From an uncultured Acidimicrobiales bacterium (GTDB lineage Bacteria; Actinomycetota; Acidimicrobiia; Acidimicrobiales; SZUA-35): DNA of 64,000 bases. The stretch is taken from contig CALHCB010000031.1 of assembly GCA_937930695.1 (NCBI GenBank), positions 2,109-66,108 of the forward strand. Reading direction: 5' to 3'. Positions 42,778 to 56,072 of this stretch are shown here, piece after piece (positions within the stretch are counted from its first letter, which is position 1; each line of letters starts with the position of its first letter). Below the pieces are notes generated by a model. The model was not told the DNA's origin and did no database searches. It saw only the letters and a list, made by a program, of their open reading frames with translations. A program made the position numbers and the translations under genes.

Positions 42778-42993
42778 CAGTCGACGCGAACGCACCGCCT
42801 CGCTTACCAGACGAAGTCGCAAGAACCGGGGCTGCTGGGCAGCCCGTGCTCGTCGCGTTCGGTGGAAACACGTGCGGCGCCTGCCATCCGGTCGACGAAA
42901 CGGAGCGATCGACAAGAAATATTTCGGTGGAGCTAGGCGGTTTGCGCTGGTAGATTGAGCGCCGCTTTCCGGGCTTTTGGGCTCGGAATGCGG

Positions 42994-43066
42994 GCCCCCA
43001 TCGTTCAGTGGCCTAGGACACCTGCCTTTCACGCAGGCAACACGGGTTCGAATCCCGTTGGGGGTG
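42994..43066 (+). tRNA. tRNA-Glu (anticodon TTC)
   Basis: Hand-folded. Acceptor GCCCCCA/TGGGGGT (G1-U72, as in other actinobacterial tRNA-Glu), anticodon loop CTTTCAC, T-arm ACGGG-TTCGAAT-CCCGT. Confidence 0.9.
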
Positions 43067-43127
43067 CTCCAACTATCGCTATGATCGTTGGGCCCGGTGA
43101 GGACGTGTCTTCGCCGAGTTAATTACT

Positions 43128-43202
43128 GGTCCCGTAGTGCAGTCTGGAGTGCACGCCGCCCTGTCAAGGCGGAGGTCGCGAGTTCAAATCTCGTCGGGAC
43201 CG
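43128..43202 (+). tRNA. tRNA-Asp (anticodon GTC)
   Basis: Hand-folded. Acceptor GGTCCCG/CGGGACC, anticodon loop CTGTCAA, T-arm GCGAG-TTCAAAT-CTCGT. Confidence 0.9.
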
Positions 43203-43290
43203 CTAGAACCTCGGAGTTTCTTGAGAAGGGCTCTTGCTCCTTTCAGGAAGTCGCTCGTTGGTTCGTGGGGATCTACGAAGATCCCCGAGG

Positions 43291-43363
43291 GGTCGGGTAG
43301 CTCAGTTGGCAGAGCATTCGCCTGAAAAGCGAAGGGTCACCGGATCGACGCCGGTCCCGACCA
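43291..43363 (+). tRNA. tRNA-Phe (anticodon GAA)
   Basis: Hand-folded. Acceptor GGTCGGG/CCCGACC, D-arm GCTC/GAGC, anticodon loop CTGAAAA, T-arm ACCGG-ATCGACG-CCGGT. The T-loop begins with an atypical A at position 54. Confidence 0.85.
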
Positions 43364-43371
43364 CACGTAAC

Positions 43372-43407
43372 GTGTCCGGACTCGAGTCCGGGCACGTTTG
43401 CCGTTTT
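43372..43407 (+). terminator. probable intrinsic terminator after the tRNA Glu-Asp-Phe cluster
   Basis: GTGTCCGGAC-tcga-GTCCGGGCAC (10-bp stem with one mismatch) followed by GTTTGCCGTTTT. Confidence 0.55.
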
Positions 43408-43546
43408 CGCCCGATGCTGCCCCGCCAATATGTGGCGGGCGAGCGTGCCGACGCGATTCCCGAAAATGGACACGGCGCGACAACGGGTGAATCGTTTTGG
43501 CTGATTTTCTTGTCGATGAGCTCCTGAGCCGATTCAATGAGCAGTA

Positions 43547-43957
43547 ATGAATTCGCCGCAGAACACTCCAATGTCCGACGAGCACAAAGCCGCTTTGGCC
43601 AAAGGTCGCAACGAAGGTCGAGCAGTGCGGGCCTATCTCGAAGCGATCGACCAGCACCGGCCAAAGCGAGGACGTAAGCGAACTCCAGAGTCAATCGGAA
43701 AGCGTCTGGAGAAGATCGCGGTCGAATTGGACACCGTCGATCCCCTGAAACGGTTGACGCTCATCCAAGAACGCATTGATCTCGAAGCAGAATTGGAAAA
43801 GATGGGCAAGGTCGTCGATTTGACCGCCCTCGAATCGGACTTCATTGCCGTTGCTGGTGCGTACGCCGACCGGAAAGGCATCTCGTTCCAGGCATTTCGC
43901 GAGCTCGGTGTGAGTTCCGCAGTGCTGAAACAGGCCAAGATTTCCAAGCGCGACTAG
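43547..43957 (+). CDS. hypothetical basic protein with AT-hook-like KRGRKR segment
   Basis: 136-aa ORF with predicted helical/coiled-coil character (EERIDLEAELEKM) and PKRGRKRTP. Confidence 0.55.
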   Translation: MNSPQNTPMSDEHKAALAKGRNEGRAVRAYLEAIDQHRPKRGRKRTPESIGKRLEKIAVELDTVDPLKRLTLIQERIDLEAELEKMGKVVDLTALESDFIAVAGAYADRKGISFQAFRELGVSSAVLKQAKISKRD

Positions 43958-44027
43958 CTCACGAGCGGATCAAGCGGCTGGACGCGCGCACCGGAATTCG
44001 CCCCAACAAGCGCAACCATGCCGTGAC

Positions 44028-45461
44028 TCAGAGAATTTCTTCGCCTCGATACGAGGCTGCCGGGTTGCCACTGGACAACTTGGCGGCATCGGTGCAGAAG
44101 GCCGCCACCTGGCGGTCGATCAACCCGGTGAGCGATGTCGCGTCGCTGACCAAGGCGGCCAATTCATCACGAGAACCGGGGAAATCGGCATCGTCCCCGA
44201 GTCGTGCAATGAGGGCCGATCCGTCTGCGGTTCCTGCTCGCAAATCAAGGGCAGTTGCGACCGCGTGTTGCTTGATCAGTTCGTGGGCTGTTTCTCGCCC
44301 CATCTCGTTGCGAATGGCATGCATCAACAGGGTTGGCGTCGCGAGAAACGGCAAGTACCGATCCAATTCGGCCGCAACGACACCTTCAAATACACCGAAG
44401 TCGTTCAACACTGCGAACGTCGTTTCGATCAGGCCGTCCAGTGCAAAGAACGCATCAGGCAACACCACCCGACGCACGACCGAACACGCCACATCTCCCT
44501 CGTTCCATTGGTCCCCCGACAGCCCACTCGCCATCGTGAGGTGACCCTTGAGAATCAGCGCGAGACCGTTGATTCGCTCGCAGCTTCTGGTGTTCATCTT
44601 GTGTGGCATCGCAGATGAGCCAACTTGGCCGGGTCGGAAGCCTTCGGTTGCCAGATCGTGGCCGGCCATCAGACGGATCGACGTCGCAATGTTTGCCGGG
44701 CCAGCCGCAAGCTGCACCAATGAGGCAACGACGGCAAAGTCCATTGAGCGGGGATAGACCTGGGAGACCGCATTGGCCACTCTTGGAACACCCAGGTGTT
44801 GGGCAACTCGCGCTTCGAGTTCAGCGGCCCGGTCGGCACTTCCGAGCAAGTCGAGCTGGTCTTGCTGGGAGCCAACAGGTCCTTTGATCCCACGAATCGC
44901 AAACGTTTGACGTATGTGGCGGACCTGTTCGATGGCCACCATCAATTCCTCGCCAAACTGGGCAAAGCGCTTTCCGACCGTGGTCGGTTGTGCCGGCACA
45001 TTATGGGTACGTCCCACGATGATCGTGTCCGCATGCGCAGCTGCGAGCTCGGCCAGTCGGGCTACGAGCGCGGTCGCCCGATTCTCAACCAGTTCCAACG
45101 CCCGAAAGACCTGGAGCTGTTCGACGTTTTCGGTGGCATCTCGAGACGTCAAACCCTTGTGGAGATCCTCGTGACCGGCCAACTGGCAGAACTCGTCCAG
45201 CCGAGCCTTGACATCGTGACGTGTCTCTATTTCTCGACGTCGGATCGACTCGAGATCGATGTCGTCGAGAACGGCTCGATAATCATCGAGGGCAGAGGCG
45301 TCGACAGGGAGCCCAAGATCGATCTGCGCCTCAAGGACGGCGAGCCAGAACTGACGCTCAAGCCGCACTCGATTGACGGGGTCGAAGATCTCCACCATCG
45401 CTGAACTCGCGTAGCGGTCAGCCAAAACGTTCGGAATCGACATGTTGATCTCCTGATTCAC
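44028..45461 (-). CDS. purB: adenylosuccinate lyase
   Basis: 477-aa fumarase/lyase-family ORF. N-terminus LADRYASSAMVEIF, signature GSSAMPHKMNTRSCE. Confidence 0.9.
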   Translation of the reverse strand: MNQEINMSIPNVLADRYASSAMVEIFDPVNRVRLERQFWLAVLEAQIDLGLPVDASALDDYRAVLDDIDLESIRRREIETRHDVKARLDEFCQLAGHEDLHKGLTSRDATENVEQLQVFRALELVENRATALVARLAELAAAHADTIIVGRTHNVPAQPTTVGKRFAQFGEELMVAIEQVRHIRQTFAIRGIKGPVGSQQDQLDLLGSADRAAELEARVAQHLGVPRVANAVSQVYPRSMDFAVVASLVQLAAGPANIATSIRLMAGHDLATEGFRPGQVGSSAMPHKMNTRSCERINGLALILKGHLTMASGLSGDQWNEGDVACSVVRRVVLPDAFFALDGLIETTFAVLNDFGVFEGVVAAELDRYLPFLATPTLLMHAIRNEMGRETAHELIKQHAVATALDLRAGTADGSALIARLGDDADFPGSRDELAALVSDATSLTGLIDRQVAAFCTDAAKLSSGNPAASYRGEEIL

Positions 45462-45560
45462 AAGCCGGCGATCCAGGGTCCAACTAGCCCGCAGGCCAGA
45501 TCACCCAACTGAATCTCTCAAGCGACCCTCGAAATGGGCCGATCTTCGGAATGAACAAGT

Positions 45561-47036
45561 GTGCCCGATTACCACGAGGAACGGTTCGTGAACGGACGGT
45601 GTGACAACGATCCGCTGGATCAAGCGGAAGATGTATGCGACGGATGCGGAGGAGACTTCTGCGGGGCGTGCCTGCTGTACCCCCGAGGGAAGAAGCGACC
45701 TCCCGTCTGCAAAGCGTGTGCGATTGCCCGCGCCGGTCTCCGCTCCTCGAGCAAGAGCGTGAGCACAACGGGGAAGAAGCAGGTCCGTAAGCGCCGAAAG
45801 GAACTGGCGGCCGCAACTGAGAACGCCCCGCAAGACGGCTTTGTGTTCTTCGACGAACCAGGCTCCGATGTGATCCTTCGAGATGCATCGATCCTCAATC
45901 CGGTTGTGGAGGATGAGCCGAAATCCAAGCGTAAGAAGCGCAAGAAGAAGTCCAAAGATGCGCTTCCCGAACCACGTGGCAACGGAACTGCCGATCTGCA
46001 ACCTGCCGAAGACCCACCAGAAGTCGAAACCTGGGCCGAGGAAGACGCTGCCACCGACGCAACCGTCGCGGCCGCATCGTCGACCCGGCGGGGAAGCATC
46101 CCAGTAGAAGAGTTCCTCGAAGAGGCTGGCCGTGAGGACGAAGCGCCAGATCAGCCGCCTCCTCCCGCGAGCGCCGACGACGAGTCGAGTTCAGACGATC
46201 CTCCGCCGCCAGTGGCAGACGACGCGTCGCCGCTCAACGACAAACCGAGCGCCACCGAACTGCTGAGCCGTCTCAAGGAAGCCCAGCGAGTCGCACCGCT
46301 CGCCGGTGACGCAGGGGCCTCAGCTGACCCTGCAGACCCCTGGATCCCAGCGGCCGCAAACTCAACGACCACGGATGCGGGACCTCAGCAATCAGCCGAC
46401 GTCGACATCACGGTCAACCCGTTCGGAGACCCCACGCCAGCCCCCGCTGCTCGGGAGCGTATGGAAGCGTGGCAGCCGCCCGAAGTCACGCCGCAAACCG
46501 CGACCTCAGACCAGCGCGAACCCGAGATGTTCGTTGCGCCCGAGACACTCCCGGCGACACCGCTCGAAGAGCCGTCGGCTGTGGACGGGCCGCACCCCGC
46601 CGAGACAGGTCTCAGCTTCGCCCACGAACCCGACTTCGCACCCGATGTGTACGAGGACGTCGCCTTCGATCACAATCCGCAGTTTCAGGGCACGGATACC
46701 GACGTCCAACACGAAACATCGTTCGAGAACACGTCCTTCGAGAACACGTCCTTCGAGAACACTCCGGCGTCAAAACTGCTCGAGGCATCAGAACCTGACC
46801 CAATCGATGTACCCGCCCAACCTGTCGAGGTGCCGGAAGCGCTTCGACCAAAGGCCGACCTCGCCATTGCCGGCGCCCAGGTTGGCGGAGCATCAGGTCT
46901 GGGAGAGTCTCCCGCGTCGGAGACCAAGGCGGACACCGACGACGGCGGCAACTGGATTCCGCCCGCCCTGCGTGGCATGGCGCCCAAGGAAGTTCGCGAT
47001 GCCGAAGTCCTGCCCAAGCGACGGTCAGTCGACTGA
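45561..47036 (+). CDS. hypothetical protein: N-terminal Cys-rich zinc-finger-like module plus long acidic/Pro-rich disordered region
   Basis: 491-aa ORF with a GTG start. Contains CDNDPLDQAEDVCDGCGGDFCGACLLYPRGKKRPPVCKAC (7 Cys), then low-complexity sequence with a (TSFEN)x3 repeat. Confidence 0.6.
   Translation: MPDYHEERFVNGRCDNDPLDQAEDVCDGCGGDFCGACLLYPRGKKRPPVCKACAIARAGLRSSSKSVSTTGKKQVRKRRKELAAATENAPQDGFVFFDEPGSDVILRDASILNPVVEDEPKSKRKKRKKKSKDALPEPRGNGTADLQPAEDPPEVETWAEEDAATDATVAAASSTRRGSIPVEEFLEEAGREDEAPDQPPPPASADDESSSDDPPPPVADDASPLNDKPSATELLSRLKEAQRVAPLAGDAGASADPADPWIPAAANSTTTDAGPQQSADVDITVNPFGDPTPAPAARERMEAWQPPEVTPQTATSDQREPEMFVAPETLPATPLEEPSAVDGPHPAETGLSFAHEPDFAPDVYEDVAFDHNPQFQGTDTDVQHETSFENTSFENTSFENTPASKLLEASEPDPIDVPAQPVEVPEALRPKADLAIAGAQVGGASGLGESPASETKADTDDGGNWIPPALRGMAPKEVRDAEVLPKRRSVD
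46716..46760 (+). repeat. 3 x 15-bp in-frame tandem repeat encoding TSFEN-TSFEN-TSFEN
   Basis: ACATCGTTCGAGAAC, then ACGTCCTTCGAGAAC twice (46731-46745 and 46746-46760). Confidence 0.9.
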
Positions 47037-47071
47037 TCTCCCAACAGAAGGCTCTGTTGCCCAGCAGACAA

Positions 47072-50922
<3,851 letters not shown>

Positions 50923-50985
50923 GGGGGCTCCTCTTGCTATGTGGTTTCTGTCGTTGAGGTTGGGTCGTTGTTGGTCGTGGGTTTG

Positions 50986-51417
50986 TTAGCGACGGCGGCG
51001 GTAGACGGTTACTTCTTGGCTCACTGGGACGAGGTCACGGCGATGTTCTCGCCGGGTCTCTTCCTGAGCTTCTCGATGTTCACGCTCGATCTGTTCGAGC
51101 TGTTGTGCGTGCAGTCGGCGCGACTTGGCGAGCTCCTCGGTCACACGAGCAAGCGAGTGCTCGAGTGCCAACACTCGCTTGACTCCTGCAAGGTTGAGGC
51201 CCTCCTCGGTGAGGGACTGAATTCGCTGAAGAAGCGAGACGTCGGCATCGCTGTACCGACGGCTTCCCCCTCCAGTTCGAGCCGGACTCACCAATCCTTT
51301 GCGCTCGTAGATCCGCAACGTCTGGGGGTGCACGCCCGCGAGCTCAGCGGCGATGGAAATGACGTAGACGGCCCGACTGGACGGCTGTGCGCCGCTCCCT
51401 CCATCGGGCCGGCTCAT
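50986..51417 (-). CDS. hspR: heat-shock transcriptional repressor HspR (MerR family)
   Basis: 143-aa ORF with the MerR HTH YVISIAAELAGVHPQTLRIYERKGLVSPARTGGGSRRY. It is the last gene of dnaK-grpE-dnaJ-hspR. Confidence 0.85.
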   Translation of the reverse strand: MSRPDGGSGAQPSSRAVYVISIAAELAGVHPQTLRIYERKGLVSPARTGGGSRRYSDADVSLLQRIQSLTEEGLNLAGVKRVLALEHSLARVTEELAKSRRLHAQQLEQIEREHREAQEETRREHRRDLVPVSQEVTVYRRRR

Positions 51418-52580
51418 GATGTCGAACCTGGCTGCGCGACATCGTCGGTTTCAGCGACCGTCGATTCGAACGTGGCGGCCATCGCTTCGATCGCCGCTCG
51501 CTGATCATCAGAAAGGGTCGTCGGCACGTCAACTTCGACGGACACCAACAAGTCTCCCGTTGCCTTCTTGGCCGGAACGCCCTTGCCCTTTACCCGGAAG
51601 GTCTTGCCGCTGGCCGTTCCCGCTGGAACCTTCAGGGTGAGCGAACCACCATCGATCGTCGGGACCTTCACTCTGGTGCCAAGCGCCGCCTCGGCGAACG
51701 AGATGGGGAGCGTCACGGTGAGGTTCGAGCCCTTCCGTCCAAAGACCTCGTGCGCCGCAACTTTGACGGTGACAAAAAGATCACCCGGCCGGCCGCCGAA
51801 GGTGCCTGGACCTCCCCTGCCCTTCAACCGAATGCGCTGCCCTTCTTTCACACCCGCAGGAATCCGGACCTTCACTTGGCGCGGTCGACGCTCGGTGCCG
51901 GTTCCCCGACAGGTCGTGCACGGATCATCGACAACGCGACCCCTGCCTCCACATTGAGGGCAAGGCTGAGAGAGGCTGAAAAGACCCTGATTGTCGTCGA
52001 GAACACCTCGACCACCGCATCGAGAGCAGGATGACGGAGTCGTGCCAGGGCGTGAACCACTGCCGCTACACGTCGAACATGAAGCATCCGACGTCAGGTG
52101 CACCGATGTCGTGACGCCGGCAATTGATTCATCAAACGACAGATGAAGGTCCGCGTTGAGATCTTCACCTGGCTGGGCTCGGGGACCCTGGGGAGCCCGT
52201 TGTCGAGGGCCAGGTCCGCCGCCGCCAAAGACCCCACCGAGCAGATCACCAATGTCGACCCCGTCGAAGGAGAAGTTGCGGCCACCACCCATACCCGTGT
52301 CGGGCCCAAAGCCGCCCGGACGGGCACCGCCGAAGCCGCCACCAACGGGACCGAGGCGTCGAACGTCGTCGTATTCCTTGCGTTTGTCATCGTCGCCAAT
52401 GACGTCGTAGGCCTCGGAGATCTCCTTGAAACGCTCTTCGGCTTTGCTATCCCCAGCATTGGCATCCGGGTGGTATTTCCTTGCGAGCTTTCGGTACGAC
52501 TTCGTGATCTCCTTGTCGGTTGCGTCTTTCTTGACGTCCAACATCTTGTAGAAGTCCTTGTCGAGCCAGTCGTGTTGCAT
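51414..52580 (-). CDS. dnaJ: molecular chaperone DnaJ
   Basis: 388-aa ORF with a J-domain (HPD in KYHPDAN), a G/F-rich linker and four CxxCxG zinc-finger repeats. Confidence 0.95.
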   Translation of the reverse strand: MQHDWLDKDFYKMLDVKKDATDKEITKSYRKLARKYHPDANAGDSKAEERFKEISEAYDVIGDDDKRKEYDDVRRLGPVGGGFGGARPGGFGPDTGMGGGRNFSFDGVDIGDLLGGVFGGGGPGPRQRAPQGPRAQPGEDLNADLHLSFDESIAGVTTSVHLTSDASCSTCSGSGSRPGTTPSSCSRCGGRGVLDDNQGLFSLSQPCPQCGGRGRVVDDPCTTCRGTGTERRPRQVKVRIPAGVKEGQRIRLKGRGGPGTFGGRPGDLFVTVKVAAHEVFGRKGSNLTVTLPISFAEAALGTRVKVPTIDGGSLTLKVPAGTASGKTFRVKGKGVPAKKATGDLLVSVEVDVPTTLSDDQRAAIEAMAATFESTVAETDDVAQPGSTS

Positions 52581-52671
52581 GCTTCACCTCCTCCGAGGTC
52601 AGTTCTGTGTCAGTTTCTGTGTCTAGGGATTGGTTGTTGCACGCACGGTTTGCGTGCACGGTGTGCCGAGA

Positions 52672-53304
52672 TCAACCAAGGGTGCGGACCATGGCGGGCC
52701 GTACGACGTTGCCCTTCCAGCCGTACCCGACCCGAAGAACTTCAGCGACTACGGGGCCATCAGGACTTGCACCGTCTTCGTGCATGACGGCTTCGTGCAG
52801 CGCAGGATCGAATGGAGCATCGACCGGATCCAGCCGCTCGAGACCCTGCTTGATCAAGGCATCCAGGAGCGAGGTGCGAATGGGGTCGACATCTGCCGCC
52901 CCGTTCGCAATCGCTCCATCACATGCGTCGAGCACAGGCAGGAGCTCATTGACGAGGCCAGTGTTGGCACGGGCAATGGCATCGGCCTCGCGTTTGGCAA
53001 CGGCCTTGCGGTAGTTCTCGAACTCGGCTTGCAATCGCCGGAGCGAATCGAGATATTCGTCGCGCTCGACGCTGACTCTTTCGAGGTCAACCACGAGGTC
53101 TTCCACTGAAATCGGGCCAGTTGGCTGGTCCTCAGCTACCTCGGCCTGTTCGTGCAACGCGGCGTCGACAGCGTCGCCAATCGAGGAATCGCCCTCGGTG
53201 CCGGCTCCTGCCCCAAAGGACGAAACGTCATCGGCGGGAACACCCTCGGCGGGCGAGTCCGGGGCGGAATCCTCCGCCCCAGAGTCTTTCGGTGACGTGC
53301 TCAC
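52672..53304 (-). CDS. grpE: nucleotide exchange factor GrpE
   Basis: 210-aa ORF with [15 protein letters not shown] and the C-terminal FDPALHEAV motifs. The start overlaps the dnaK stop. Confidence 0.9.
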   Translation of the reverse strand: MSTSPKDSGAEDSAPDSPAEGVPADDVSSFGAGAGTEGDSSIGDAVDAALHEQAEVAEDQPTGPISVEDLVVDLERVSVERDEYLDSLRRLQAEFENYRKAVAKREADAIARANTGLVNELLPVLDACDGAIANGAADVDPIRTSLLDALIKQGLERLDPVDAPFDPALHEAVMHEDGASPDGPVVAEVLRVGYGWKGNVVRPAMVRTLG

Positions 53305-55154
53305 TCGGCATCCTCAGCGTCGGCCTCGTCGTCATCCTCGACGATCTCGGCATCGACAACCTCGTCGTCGTCGACAGGTTCAGAGGCCTCGGCATTGCTC
53401 GCGTCAGCTTCGGCCGCGGCCTGCTCATAGAGCTTGGTGCTGATGGCTTGGCTGGCGCCCAGGAGTGCTTCGGTCTTGTCCTTGATGGCTTCGACGTCTT
53501 CACCCGCAAGGGCTTCCTTCAACTCGGCGAGAGCTTCCTCGACGGGCTTGGTCTCATCATCGGACAGCGACTCGCCCTGCTCTCGAAGAAGCTTGTCGGT
53601 GTTGTACGCCAGGCTCTCTGCCCCATTGCGCACCTCGGCTTCCTCGCGACGCTTGGCGTCCTCTTCTGCGTGGAGCTCCGCGTCCTTCACCATCTGATCA
53701 ATGTCGTCCTTGGACAACGTCGACTGGCCGGTGATCGTGATCGACTGCTCTTTGTTGGTTGCCCGATCCTTGGCACTGACATGGACGATGCCGTTGGCAT
53801 CGATGTCGAAGGTGACCTCGACCTGGGGGATGCCACGAGGGGCCGGGGGCAGGTCGACCAGCTGGAACTTACCGAGCGTCTTGTTGTAGCCAGCCATTTC
53901 ACGCTCGCCTTGCAGCACGTGGATCTCCACCGAGGGCTGATTGTCCTCAGCAGTCGTGAACGTCTCGGACCGGCGGGTCGGGATCGTTGTGTTGCGCTCG
54001 ATGAGCTTGTGCATCACGCTGCCTTTGGTCTCGATACCGAGGCTGAGGGGCGTGACGTCGAGAAGCAGGATGTCCTTGACGTCTCCCTTGAGCACACCGG
54101 CCTGGACTGCAGCGCCAACGGCGACAACCTCATCGGGGTTCACCGACTTGTTTGCTTCCTTGCCGGTCAGGCTTTCGACGAGCTCGGACACCGCAGGCAT
54201 ACGAGTCGAACCGCCAACCATCACGACGTGATCGATGTCGGAGTAGCTGAGTCCTGCGTCCTTGACGGATGCCTCGACTGGCTTCTTCACTCGTTCGAGC
54301 AAGTCGGCGGTGATTTCCTGGAACTTGGAGCGACTAAGGGTCTCCTCCAGGTGGAGCGGGCCGTCTGCAGTCGCGGTGACGAAGGGAAGGTTGATCGACG
54401 TCGACTGTGTATTCGACAGCTCGATCTTGGCCTTCTCGGCTGCTTCCTTGAGGCGCTGAGCAGCCATCTTGTCCGCTCCGAGATCAACGCCATGGGCGTT
54501 CTTGAACTGAGCCACGAGCCAGTCAATGACTGCATCGTCCCAATCGTCGCCGCCGAGACTGGTGTCGCCCGAGGTCGACTTCACTTCAAAGACGCCATCA
54601 CCGATCTCGAGAATCGAGACGTCGAAGGTTCCGCCGCCAAGGTCGAACACGAGGATGGTCTGATCCTCGCCTTCCTTGTCGAGGCCATAGGCCAGCGCAG
54701 CAGCGGTCGGTTCGTTGATAATCCGCAGGACCTCAAGACCGGCAACTTGACCGGCCTCTTTGGTGGCAGTCCGTTGCGCATCATCGAAATAGGCCGGAAC
54801 CGTAATGACGGCCTGGGTGACCGAGTCTCCCAGGTAGGCCTCGGCGTCACGCTTGAGCTTCATCAACGTGCGAGCGCTGATCTCCTGGGAGTTGTACTTC
54901 TTGGAGTCGATATCGGTCGTCCAATTCGTGCCCATATGACGCTTCACGGACCGAATGGTGCGATCAGGGTTGGTAATCGCCTGACGTTTCGCCACCTCAC
55001 CAACGAGAACTTCACCGTCGTCCTTCGAGAATGCAACCACCGACGGGGTGGTACGGGCGCCTTCTGAGTTTGGAATCACGACCGGCTCGCCGGCTTCCAG
55101 CACGGCGACAACTGAGTTGGTGGTTCCGAGGTCGATGCCAACGGCCTTTGCCAT
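53301..55154 (-). CDS. dnaK: molecular chaperone DnaK
   Basis: The ORF is trimmed to the ATG at 55154 ([18 protein letters not shown]). All Hsp70 signatures are present. Confidence 0.95.
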   Translation of the reverse strand: MAKAVGIDLGTTNSVVAVLEAGEPVVIPNSEGARTTPSVVAFSKDDGEVLVGEVAKRQAITNPDRTIRSVKRHMGTNWTTDIDSKKYNSQEISARTLMKLKRDAEAYLGDSVTQAVITVPAYFDDAQRTATKEAGQVAGLEVLRIINEPTAAALAYGLDKEGEDQTILVFDLGGGTFDVSILEIGDGVFEVKSTSGDTSLGGDDWDDAVIDWLVAQFKNAHGVDLGADKMAAQRLKEAAEKAKIELSNTQSTSINLPFVTATADGPLHLEETLSRSKFQEITADLLERVKKPVEASVKDAGLSYSDIDHVVMVGGSTRMPAVSELVESLTGKEANKSVNPDEVVAVGAAVQAGVLKGDVKDILLLDVTPLSLGIETKGSVMHKLIERNTTIPTRRSETFTTAEDNQPSVEIHVLQGEREMAGYNKTLGKFQLVDLPPAPRGIPQVEVTFDIDANGIVHVSAKDRATNKEQSITITGQSTLSKDDIDQMVKDAELHAEEDAKRREEAEVRNGAESLAYNTDKLLREQGESLSDDETKPVEEALAELKEALAGEDVEAIKDKTEALLGASQAISTKLYEQAAAEADASNAEASEPVDDDEVVDAEIVEDDDEADAEDAE

Positions 55155-55266
55155 GGTGTCTGTCCATTTCTGACTGCCGATGCAGTCGGTTACTGACGAG
55201 CTCGATGAGCTGGTCTCCAAGGGGGTTCTGGGGACTGTAGCCGATCTATTGACAATCGACTACATA

Positions 55267-55293
55267 AAGTTAAGTGCAAGACACTCAACTTTA
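55267..55293. promoter_or_regulatory. HAIR-like HspR operator AAAGTTAAGT-N7-ACTCAACTTT upstream of dnaK
   Basis: The inverted repeat has the same geometry as the HAIR consensus CTTGAGT-N7-ACTCAAG. It lies 113-139 nt upstream of the dnaK ATG. An extra half-site ACTCAACTTTT is at 55307-55317. Confidence 0.6.
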
Positions 55294-55460
55294 TTCCATG
55301 CACTCACTCAACTTTTATCGGCAGCGTGTCCATCGGTTTGAGCGAGTTGTCTTCAGACGTGCAGTTTTGCTCTGACTACCCTGTGCGCTAGGTCACTACT
55401 TTCAGCGTTCGGAGCGAACAACGTTCGAGCAAGCGGAGCGGGCAGGCGAACCCGCTGAAG

Positions 55461-56072
55461 GTGGAGATGGCAGGTCGGTGGTGGGTCGCGGCAGCGATCG
55501 TGGTGGGAGTTTCGACGTTTACGGGACCAAGCGCGCCCGTCGAGTTCGTAGATCAAGACGTGTTGACGTTGTCCGCTGTCGGGCGAAATGAGTCCGCGAT
55601 CCGGCCCATTCTCGGCGAAGGCGAGGCACTCGTTCGAGGCATCGACGCGCTTGATGAACTCGGATTCGCCTGGTCTGAAGCACTTCCCGACTGGACGATC
55701 GAGTTCCGGGCGGGTCGCGAAGAGCTCTTCGGATTGACCCACACCCAGGAGAACCGGATCGAGATTTTTGTTCGCGATGGCCAAAGCGACGCCTTTCTCC
55801 AACACGTGATCGCCCACGAGATCGGCCACGCCGTCGACGTCAGCCTCAACTCCACCGAAGACAGAGAGCGCTGGCAGCAGGCGCGACAAATCGAAGATGC
55901 GGATTGGTGGCCGGGATCGGGGGCGACTGACTTCGCTACCGGGGCAGGCGACTTCGCCGAAGGATTCGCCGTTTGGCTCACCGGGGCAGAGGGCTACCGG
56001 AGCGAACTCGGACCACCACCGACCGAACGTCAACTCGCGCTCATCGAAGAGCTCGCGGGGCAGGAAGGATGA
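55461..56072 (+). CDS. secreted HExxH metallopeptidase-like protein (hypothetical)
   Basis: 203-aa ORF with a signal-like N-terminus (WWVAAAIVVGVSTFTG), VIAHEIGHAVD and an AGDFAEGFAVW motif. Confidence 0.6.
   Translation: MEMAGRWWVAAAIVVGVSTFTGPSAPVEFVDQDVLTLSAVGRNESAIRPILGEGEALVRGIDALDELGFAWSEALPDWTIEFRAGREELFGLTHTQENRIEIFVRDGQSDAFLQHVIAHEIGHAVDVSLNSTEDRERWQQARQIEDADWWPGSGATDFATGAGDFAEGFAVWLTGAEGYRSELGPPPTERQLALIEELAGQEG

Noticed and set aside
42358-43032. 224-aa minus-strand ORF spanning the DUF2017 gene 3' half and tRNA-Glu
   Set aside because: It overlaps a tRNA gene and a better-supported plus-strand gene. Its composition is Arg/Ser-rich with no recognisable motifs.
53121-55067. 648-aa plus-strand ORF antisense to dnaK. 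Similar long antisense ORFs occur at 15104..16192, 36555..38516, 38945..40147, 59820..61121 and 57644..58972.
   Set aside because: Each lies opposite a gene with unmistakable family motifs (DnaK, glutaminyl cyclases, oxidase-operon genes, SPFH protein, Amt). Long open antisense frames are expected by chance in high-GC DNA. Their products are Arg/Gly/His-rich with no recognisable domains.
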